From assembly GCA_965662235.1 (NCBI GenBank), contig CBFIGY010000024.1:1-42766 (forward strand): a stretch of DNA of 42,766 bases, in the 5' to 3' direction. The position numbers were made by a program, and so were the translations under genes. Every line of letters starts with the position of its first letter. Position 1 is the first letter of the stretch. The notes below the pieces were generated by a model, which saw nothing but the letters and a program-made list of their open reading frames with translations, was not told the DNA's origin and ran no database searches. This document shows positions 35,681-42,766 of the stretch, one piece after another. This stretch comes from an uncultured bacterium. GTDB taxonomy: Bacteria; SAR324; NAC60-12.

Positions 35681-36937
35681 CTAGCTGGCCTTGATGTGCG
35701 GGGTCGATGCTTCCTGAGAGCGGATCATCTTGGCCTCAGCTTGTCCGTTGATGACGTCTTCATTGATGATGCATTCGGAAATTTCGGGATCAGATGGAAC
35801 GTCGTACATCACATCGAGCATGACGCGCTCCATGATGGAACGGAGTCCACGGGCGCCGGTCTTCCGCTTGATGGCTTCTTGGGCGATCGCCTTGATGGCG
35901 CCTTTGGTGAAGGACAGGTTGACGTTTTCCAGATCCAGGAGGCGTTGGTACTGACGGATCAGTGCGTTTTTGGGCTCCACGAGGATTTCCACGAGGTGCT
36001 CCACGTCTAGGTCATGCAGCGTCGCCACCACAGGCAGGCGGCCGATGAACTCCGGGATCAGCCCGTACTTGAGCAGGTCTTCAGGCTCCAGCTGGGCAAA
36101 GAGCTCCTTGTCCTCAAGCTTCTTTCCGCGGATTTCGCTGTTGAAGCCAATGCCTTGCTGTCCAACGCGCCGCCGGAGGATGTTGTCCAGTCCCACAAAG
36201 GCGCCCCCGCAGATGAAGAGGACGTTGCTGGTATCGAGTTGCACGCACTCCTGCTGCGGATGCTTGCGTCCTCCCTGCGGCGGAATGTTGGCAACGGTGC
36301 CTTCGATGATCTTCAGCAGTGCCTGCTGAACCCCTTCTCCGGAGACGTCCCGGGTAATGGAAGGGTTCTCAGACTTGCGGGTGATCTTGTCGATTTCATC
36401 AATGTAGATGATGCCCTGCTCGGCGCGTTCGGTGTCGTAGTCCGCCGCCTGCAGCAGCTTGAGGACGATGTTCTCGACATCTTCCCCGACGTACCCCGCC
36501 TCAGTGAGCGTGGTGGCATCGGCCATGGCAAACGGGACATTGAGGATCCGGGCCAGGGTCTGAGCCAGCAGGGTCTTTCCGGTACCAGTGGGGCCAATGA
36601 GGAGGATGTTGCTCTTTTGCAACTCCACCTCGCCCTCCCGCATGTTGGCCCGGATGCGTTTGTAGTGGTTGTGCACCGCGACAGAGAGCACCCGTTTTGC
36701 GGCATCTTGTCCAATGACGTAGTTGTCGAGGACCTGCTTGATCTCAGCAGGCTTGAGCAGCTCCTGCTGGATGTCCTCGGCCTGCTCGTTTTGCCACTCT
36801 TCGGCCATGATGTCATTGCAGAGATCAATGCATTCGTCACAGATGTAGACGGTTGGCCCTGCAATGATCTTCTTCACCTCCTCCTGCGTCTTCCCACAGA
36901 ATGAGCAGCGTAGTGGTGTTTCCTTGGAATGGCTCAT
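35681..36937 (-). CDS. clpX: ATP-dependent Clp protease ATP-binding subunit ClpX
   Basis: Zn finger CSFC..CDEC, Walker [33 protein letters not shown] loop, TGARGLR. Confidence 0.99.
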   Translation of the reverse strand: MSHSKETPLRCSFCGKTQEEVKKIIAGPTVYICDECIDLCNDIMAEEWQNEQAEDIQQELLKPAEIKQVLDNYVIGQDAAKRVLSVAVHNHYKRIRANMREGEVELQKSNILLIGPTGTGKTLLAQTLARILNVPFAMADATTLTEAGYVGEDVENIVLKLLQAADYDTERAEQGIIYIDEIDKITRKSENPSITRDVSGEGVQQALLKIIEGTVANIPPQGGRKHPQQECVQLDTSNVLFICGGAFVGLDNILRRRVGQQGIGFNSEIRGKKLEDKELFAQLEPEDLLKYGLIPEFIGRLPVVATLHDLDVEHLVEILVEPKNALIRQYQRLLDLENVNLSFTKGAIKAIAQEAIKRKTGARGLRSIMERVMLDVMYDVPSDPEISECIINEDVINGQAEAKMIRSQEASTPHIKAS

Positions 36938-36967
36938 GCCCCCTCTCCTGGTTCGATGATCGTACGT

Positions 36968-37564
36968 TTAGACGGCGTGCAACTTACGATCGTGCATCAC
37001 GGAGTCGATCAGGCCGTACTCCTTTGCTTCATCACTGGAGAAGTAGAAATCGCGTTGCGTGTCCTCTGCAATGCGTTCCGCTGTCTGTCCAGTGTGCTTG
37101 GCCAGAATGTTGTTGAGTGTGTCCGTCAACCGCAGGATTTCCCGGGCCTGGATGTCAATGTCCTCGGCCTGTCCGGAGAAACCTCCGCTGAGTTGGTGAA
37201 TCATCACTCGCGAGTGAGGCAGCGCAAACCGCTTCCCCGCGGCCCCTGCTGCCAGTAGGACGGCGCCCATGCTGGCGGCTTGGCCGATGCAGATGGTTTG
37301 AATCTGTGGCTTGAGGTACTGCATGGTGTCATAAATTGCCATGCCAGCACTCACGTACCCGCCCGGACAGTTCAGGTACAGCGCAATGTCACTTTCGGCA
37401 TCCTCCGCTTCCAGAAACAGCATCTGGGCAATGATGACGTTGGCAACGTTGTCATCAATCGGAGTCCCGAGGAAGATAATGCGGTCCTTCAGCAGCCGTG
37501 AGTAAATGTCGTAAGCACGTTCTCCTCGGTTGTTCTGTTCAACAACCATTGGAATCAAGGCCAT
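36968..37564 (-). CDS. clpP: ATP-dependent Clp protease proteolytic subunit
   Basis: [35 protein letters not shown]. Confidence 0.99.
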   Translation of the reverse strand: MALIPMVVEQNNRGERAYDIYSRLLKDRIIFLGTPIDDNVANVIIAQMLFLEAEDAESDIALYLNCPGGYVSAGMAIYDTMQYLKPQIQTICIGQAASMGAVLLAAGAAGKRFALPHSRVMIHQLSGGFSGQAEDIDIQAREILRLTDTLNNILAKHTGQTAERIAEDTQRDFYFSSDEAKEYGLIDSVMHDRKLHAV

Positions 37565-37602
37565 GGTTTTTCCTTACTTAAGCGTGGTCCGCAATTGAAG
37601 CT

Positions 37603-38886
37603 TCAGTGGTTGTGGTCGTGATCGGGCTCCGGAGCCTCAGGCGTTTCCTCAATCGGCTCGCCGAGCACCCGGGCCACGACTCGGTCCAGCACCGCCTCTT
37701 GGAACTTGCGGGTCTGGATCATCTCGTAGAAGCGCCGGCCGTAGTCGGTTCGGATGAACTCCTCCGGGTCGGCACCAAACATCTGAGCAAAGCTCCAGTA
37801 TTCCTCCATGGCAGCATAGGTGTTGACCTGTACCTTCTCCTTGAGCGCAATCGCGTCCAAGATGTAGCCGCGCCGGACATTTTTCAACTCTTCGGCAACG
37901 CGGTCCTCCGTGGTTTCGGGGGCTCCGTCTTGCTCGGAACCGGCTGAAACCTGCTGGCGGACCTGTTCCATGGGACTTTCTGGAAGCTCAAAATCACCAT
38001 ACAGGGTCTGAAGCTGTTCGTCTACCTGCTTCCAGTAACTGGAGCGAATCGCAGCTGTCCGGGAGTTGACGAGGCGGTCTCCGGCGAGCTTCTTCAGCTC
38101 ATCGACGGTTGTGGCGCCAAACTGGAAGCAGAACTCATCATTCAGCTCCGGAAGCACGGTGCTTTCTAGGCGATCGACCTTCAGGGAGAACTGAGCCTCC
38201 GCGCCTGCCTGGTCACCGTAGCTTTCCGGCAGCGTGGTTTCAATTTCCTTGGTGTCTCCCGCTTTCATTCCCGGCAGGTGCTCTGCAAATTCTGGGAACG
38301 TCGAGCCACCGATCTCGGCCAGCACCTCTTGACCCTGACCATTGGGCAGGAGCTCACCGGTGGAGAGCTTTCCTTCAAAGGTGATCACGGCAATGTCTCC
38401 GGGCTCTCCCACCGCGTCTTCCGCCTTGGGCGTTCGCTCGGCCTGAGACTTCAGCAGGTTCTGAATCTCGTTATCAATGTCTGCCTCGGTGACCTCTTCT
38501 GCTTCCTGGACGTCCACCTTGAGTTGGCTGTAATCCGGAAGCTCTAGGTCTGGGCGGACCTCAAACTCCAGCACAGCCTTCAACGGGGCCTTGCGCTCAA
38601 ACTCCACCTCCTTGATGGAAACGTTGGAGGCGGGCATGATCTCCTGCTCGCGCATCGCTTGGTCAAAGTACTTCGGAATCACCTCTTCGGTTGCCTGAAC
38701 ATGCATGTATTCGGTGAAGCGTTTTTCCAGCCAACCCTTCGGGAACTTTCCGGGACGGAACCCGTTCAGCTTGGTTCTCCGCAGCTGCCGATAAACCGAG
38801 TCGTAGGTGGGCTTGATTTCTTCAAGAGGAATTTCGAGGTTCAGAGAACGCTTAAAGGCTCCAAGATCGTTGAGGGTGGCTTGCAT
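37603..38886 (-). CDS. tig: Trigger factor
   Basis: Ribosome-binding motif GFRPGKFP, FEVRP, FKBP-like domain, LPELNDEF; canonical tig-clpP-clpX order. Confidence 0.93.
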   Translation of the reverse strand: MQATLNDLGAFKRSLNLEIPLEEIKPTYDSVYRQLRRTKLNGFRPGKFPKGWLEKRFTEYMHVQATEEVIPKYFDQAMREQEIMPASNVSIKEVEFERKAPLKAVLEFEVRPDLELPDYSQLKVDVQEAEEVTEADIDNEIQNLLKSQAERTPKAEDAVGEPGDIAVITFEGKLSTGELLPNGQGQEVLAEIGGSTFPEFAEHLPGMKAGDTKEIETTLPESYGDQAGAEAQFSLKVDRLESTVLPELNDEFCFQFGATTVDELKKLAGDRLVNSRTAAIRSSYWKQVDEQLQTLYGDFELPESPMEQVRQQVSAGSEQDGAPETTEDRVAEELKNVRRGYILDAIALKEKVQVNTYAAMEEYWSFAQMFGADPEEFIRTDYGRRFYEMIQTRKFQEAVLDRVVARVLGEPIEETPEAPEPDHDHNH

Positions 38887-39061
38887 GAACGGGGAGTGGA
38901 CAGAGATGCTGAAATGTCTTCAGGACAGGAATGCAGGCGGCGTTTTGAGGGCTCGCCCAGATTCGAGATAAAACGTTTACGTTAGAGTTTGACTCGGAAA
39001 GCACAAGTCTTTTCAAAGTGCCTGCAGTGGGGCTCAGACGAGACCTCCTAGCGCCTGTTCC

Positions 39062-41059
39062 TCAGGGCTCAGGAAGCGTCCGGCCCAGCTGCTTGAGCGC
39101 GTTGCCAGCGGCATTTTCCGGATGCGGGTAGATGCGGTAGGCGGTCTCAAACTCGCTAATGGCCACCTCGGCCTGGCCTTCCAGGAAGGCTGCAAAGCCC
39201 CGCAGGTAGTAAAAGCGAGCCGTCCGCTCCTTGTCGAGCGTTTCGTCCCGAAGCTCCTCGGCTTGGGCCAGGAAGGCCTTGACCTGAGGCAGAAACCGCT
39301 GCTTCCCATGCTGCATGAGGACCTCAATCATGCCGGTCAGGCTGTAGAAGTTCTGCTCGGCTTCTTTCACTAGGGGCTCTGCCGTCGCGGCCACCCGTCC
39401 GCCTCCCAGCAGGGCATACCCCAAAAAATCACCATAGAGGTAAAGCAGCTTGTTGCGTCGGAAGCGTTCCCAACGGTCTTCCGGAAGCGTGTTCAGCAGC
39501 TCTCGAAAGTACGCCTCTGCCTCGGGACGGAAGATCAGCTCAATCGAGTCCGGAGTTCCGGACCGCACAACCTCCTTGAGGAAGCCGAGGTGCCGGACGC
39601 CCTGTCCGTGTGGAAACTGTTCCGGGTCAACCGTGTAGAACACCGGTCGCGAGGTGGCTTCAATGAAGCGACGGAGGACCTCTTGCTTGCGACGCTTCGA
39701 GCTACGGGCAGGGAACAACCGATTCGCATAAACGAGTCCCTGCGCACTGATCAGGGTCACGTCCGGACGTCGGTTTTCCACGAGCTGGTAGTATCCCAGC
39801 GGACCGGTTTCAGCATCGCCAAACACGATCAGCACTGCGCGTTCCGGAAGCAGGGAGGCCACCATTTCGGCGTGGGCTTCGGCAAAGTGGTCCTCAGCCC
39901 GGTTGTTCCGGGACCACGCCGCTCCGGCCAGTCCGGCAAAGAGCGTCACGCTCACCACGGCTGCTGCCCAGGGACGCAGCTCTGGGCGACTCAGGTTGCT
40001 TTCCAGTAGCGCGTCCAGTCCACGCGTCAGCCACAGGGCCAGGAATCCGTAGCAGACCAGCGAATACGGACGGAAGACGGCGATGTTGAGGTAGTCGTAA
40101 TCGAAGGCCAGCAGGGCTAGGAGCACCACGCTGTTGCTCACAAAAATGGCCACTCCGGAGAGCACGAGGGTGGGCGAACGTTCCTTCAGCCAGAGCAACG
40201 CCCCCCAGAGGGCGAGCAGCAGTCCCAGTGGCGTCAGTTGCCAGAAGAGTTCGTTGCCGAACCACTGCAGGAATTCCCACCGGTCCCACCAACCGGCGCT
40301 CGGGCTGACGTCCACTCCGGCGTATCCCTGACGACTGAAGTAGAACCAGAAGGACTTCCAGCCCTCAATTGGACCATAGAAGCTGATCTCTGGATTCTGC
40401 TGAGACCGCCACACCATCCAGGCATACGGAAGCCCGCCACTCAGCAGCGTCACTCCTAGGAGCGCTGGAACCTTGGGCAAGACTGTACGCCACTGGGGCC
40501 AAGCGAGGATCACCAGTCCCGGAAACGCCAGTACCATCAGCGGGTAGTGGTTGGCCAAGCTTAGGCCATAAAGCGCCGCTGCCCCCAGCCATCGGGACCA
40601 ACGTTGTGGCGCTTGGGAGGCCTTCCAGACGGCGCCATAGGTCAGGAAGAGCAGTAGGGCATTGAGGGTGTAGACTTCGGCAATGATCGCTTGAGACCAG
40701 AAGTGCTCAGAGGCCCCCCACGCCCATGCGCCCGCCAAGGCGCTCCAGGGTGAGGCCTCCAACTGCCGGGCCACCCAGTAGAGGGCTCCACATGCAAGGG
40801 CGCCAAGGGCTGCGCTGGCTAGGTGCCCCCCAACAGCATCGGTGCTCCACGGCAGCTGCATGAACGCCCAACCGATCCAGGTAAAGAGCGGGTAGCCAGG
40901 AGGGTGCGCCACCCCAAGGTGCTTGGCGGCCATCAGAAACAGGCCATCGTCTTCCAGCACCACCGTCTGGGGGAGGGTCACCCAGTACAGTCCCAGCGGA
41001 CCTAAAATGGAAAGGAGTCCTGCAGCCCAATGAGCAGGAGAAGGCGTTCGTACCGACAC
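39062..41059 (-). CDS. DUF2723/TMEM260-like GT-C membrane glycosyltransferase with C-terminal TPR-like helices
   Basis: LEDDGLF..AA..LGVAHPPGYPLF, FWSQAIIAEVYTLN, GLSLANH, multiple TM helices, and a TPR-like tail (FYYLRG..AISEFETAYRIYP). Confidence 0.85.
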   Translation of the reverse strand: MSVRTPSPAHWAAGLLSILGPLGLYWVTLPQTVVLEDDGLFLMAAKHLGVAHPPGYPLFTWIGWAFMQLPWSTDAVGGHLASAALGALACGALYWVARQLEASPWSALAGAWAWGASEHFWSQAIIAEVYTLNALLLFLTYGAVWKASQAPQRWSRWLGAAALYGLSLANHYPLMVLAFPGLVILAWPQWRTVLPKVPALLGVTLLSGGLPYAWMVWRSQQNPEISFYGPIEGWKSFWFYFSRQGYAGVDVSPSAGWWDRWEFLQWFGNELFWQLTPLGLLLALWGALLWLKERSPTLVLSGVAIFVSNSVVLLALLAFDYDYLNIAVFRPYSLVCYGFLALWLTRGLDALLESNLSRPELRPWAAAVVSVTLFAGLAGAAWSRNNRAEDHFAEAHAEMVASLLPERAVLIVFGDAETGPLGYYQLVENRRPDVTLISAQGLVYANRLFPARSSKRRKQEVLRRFIEATSRPVFYTVDPEQFPHGQGVRHLGFLKEVVRSGTPDSIELIFRPEAEAYFRELLNTLPEDRWERFRRNKLLYLYGDFLGYALLGGGRVAATAEPLVKEAEQNFYSLTGMIEVLMQHGKQRFLPQVKAFLAQAEELRDETLDKERTARFYYLRGFAAFLEGQAEVAISEFETAYRIYPHPENAAGNALKQLGRTLPEP

Positions 41060-41341
41060 GGTTCATTCACCGATGCAGAGGAAAGCGACAGGGTTCAAGT
41101 CTGGGCACCAGTGTGCCGTCCCCGATTTTGACCTGAAAGCTTTTTTGCGGCAGGGGCTCCGTGTCCTGGAAGCGCAGAGCTGCTCCGAGACGGGAAGGTC
41201 CCGACGTACCGCGGTTTCCGGAGGTAAGGTGACTTCTGGGACGCAGCGGTTGGGCAACCCCTCGTTTGCTGGGAAGCGCCTTGAAATTTCAGAGCAGGTT
41301 CCCCACTCTAGCGAGTGAGCCTTCGGGCCTCCCTCCTCAGC

Positions 41342-41417
41342 GCTCCCATAGTTTAACTGGATAAAACGATGGTTTCCTAAACCGTAGCTCGGGGTTCGAG
41401 CCCCTGTGGGAGCACCA
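41342..41417 (+). tRNA. tRNA-Arg (anticodon CCT)
   Basis: Acceptor stem GCTCCCA/TGGGAGC, D-stem GTTT/AAAC, anticodon arm ATGGT-TTCCTAA-ACCGT, T-arm CGGGG-TTCGAGC-CCCTG, discriminator A and encoded CCA; 76 nt. Confidence 0.96.
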
Positions 41418-41646
41418 GTTTTTCGCCGCCAGACCGCCTTCTGCCCCCATGAGGAACCCTTTTTGAATGTAAGGTTGACGAGTCGGTCTTGCTGGGGAGC
41501 CCGCCCCACTTTTCCCCGCTCTCATTTCAGAAAAGAGGCTTCTCCGGTTGGACCTGTGAGAGTGCTCCTCGCTCACCAGTTGTTTGAGCCTTCCTCCAAC
41601 TCGGTTTTCAAAAACCTGCTTTTACTTCCTTTCAACAAGTCTCCCA

Positions 41647-42705
41647 ATGGTCTTTCTCATTACTGGTGGTGCCGGTTTTGTTGGGTCATACTTGGCTCTC
41701 TTCCTGAAAGCTCAGTATCCTCAAGCAAGTGTGATCGCGTTTGACAACCTGAAGCGTTCAGGCTCCGAGCTTAATTTGCCAAGACTTCGCAATGCAGGAG
41801 TTCAATTCATACATGGTGATGTCCGAAATCCGGCGGATCTCGATCTTCCCAAAGTAGATTGCATTCTTGAATGCTCAGCAGAACCATCAGCACTGGCTGG
41901 ACGTGATGGAGGGATGGATTACCTCATTCACACCAATTTGCTTGGAACCTATCATTGCCTTGAGCTCGCACGCAAGCATCAGGCTCAAATGATCTTCCTT
42001 TCAACGAGCCGCGTTTACCCAGTCAAGGCAATTCAGGAACTACCTTACAACGAGGAAGAGACTCGCTTGACGTTAAATGATCAGGGAGGGATTCAGGGAG
42101 TTTCAGAAAAAGGAATTTCGGAAGAGTTTTCTTTGCACGGGGCTCGGACACTATACGGCTCTACCAAGCTTGCTTCAGAGCTGTTGATTACGGAATATGT
42201 CGATAATTTTGACCTTGAGATTGTTATCAATCGGTGCGGAGTGCTTACAGGGGCATGGCAAATGGGGAAGGTGGATCAAGGGGTCGCTGTTCTTTGGATG
42301 GCTCGGCATGTTTTTGGGGGCAAGTTATCTTATATAGGCTACGGAGGAAGGGGTAAGCAAGTTCGTGACCTCTTGCATATTTCAGATCTCGCTAATTTAG
42401 TAATGCTTCAATTGAAGGTGATGCCGCAACTGAAAGGAGAGATCTTTAATATCGGAGGAGGTTTACAGAATAGCTTGAGCCTGCTGGAAATGACAGGTCT
42501 TTGTGAGGACATAACAAATAATGAAATTGAAATTTTTCCCGATCTTGAAGGGCGGCCTGGTGACGTTCCTTGGTATGTCACAGATTCGAGTAAAGCTAAG
42601 GCGCTGTTTAATTGGGAACCAAAGCAAAACTGTACTCAAATTTTTCAAGAAATTTACGAATGGATTCGAGATAACCAAGATTCTCTTAAATTAATATTGA
42701 ATTAA
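41647..42705 (+). CDS. NAD-dependent nucleotide-sugar epimerase, CDP-paratose 2-epimerase (RfbE)-like
   Basis: LITGGAGFVGS, FDNLKR.GSELNL, HGDVR, STSRVY, YxxxK (YGSTK), NRCG..TG.WQ.GKVDQG, GKQVRDLLH, RPGD. ATG 41647 is preferred to TTG 41584. Confidence 0.88.
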   Translation: MVFLITGGAGFVGSYLALFLKAQYPQASVIAFDNLKRSGSELNLPRLRNAGVQFIHGDVRNPADLDLPKVDCILECSAEPSALAGRDGGMDYLIHTNLLGTYHCLELARKHQAQMIFLSTSRVYPVKAIQELPYNEEETRLTLNDQGGIQGVSEKGISEEFSLHGARTLYGSTKLASELLITEYVDNFDLEIVINRCGVLTGAWQMGKVDQGVAVLWMARHVFGGKLSYIGYGGRGKQVRDLLHISDLANLVMLQLKVMPQLKGEIFNIGGGLQNSLSLLEMTGLCEDITNNEIEIFPDLEGRPGDVPWYVTDSSKAKALFNWEPKQNCTQIFQEIYEWIRDNQDSLKLILN

Positions 42706-42726
42706 CTAGGGATTGAACAGGAAATA

Positions 42727-42766
42727 ATGAGAAACGTATTAATAGTGACTGGATCAGCTGGTTTAA
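42727..42766 (+). CDS. Start of a second NAD-dependent epimerase/dehydratase (3'-truncated)
   Basis: SD AGGA, then MRNVLIVTGSAGL, the start of a Rossmann GxxGxxG motif. Confidence 0.7.
   Translation, partial: MRNVLIVTGSAGL

Noticed and set aside
41063..41509. 148-aa minus-strand ORF and other short ORFs around the tRNA
   Set aside because: It overlaps the tRNA-Arg gene in antisense and has no protein-like features.

Overview
A GC-rich (roughly 60%, estimated by eye) bacterial chromosomal segment made mostly of housekeeping genes. The content looks deltaproteobacterial, possibly SAR324-like, but that is an unverified impression. From left to right: the 3' end of a B12-dependent acyl-CoA mutase (IcmF-like); a secreted/outer-membrane protein with three C-x21-C repeats; a minus-strand pair encoding a K+ channel (tandem RCK + Sel1 + TerB fusion) and a SelJ/J1-crystallin-like ADP-ribosylglycohydrolase-fold protein; an Ig-like + FGE-fold lipoprotein; aceE-aceF-lpdA-dadA; and a FadF/EMO-like membrane FeS oxidoreductase coupled to a sucrase-type ferredoxin, an orphan fliN and queA. 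A long minus-strand run follows in transcription order: nrdJ, gspK, birA, coaX, an acidic SPOR protein, an unannotated 36-aa membrane smORF, an SH3-SH3-serine hydrolase, a DUF1285-like protein and a PAS histidine kinase. Then come hemW, tig-clpP-clpX-PfkB kinase-U32, a DUF2723 glycosyltransferase, tRNA-Arg(CCT) and the start of a lower-GC nucleotide-sugar epimerase cluster. I saw no CRISPR array, transposase, integrase or reverse transcriptase. The best leads are the channel/SelJ-like pair, the smORF with its own promoter, the repeat-bearing FliN and SPOR proteins, the EMO-ferredoxin coupling and the C-x21-C repeat protein. All family calls come from motifs recognised by eye; no database searches were run.
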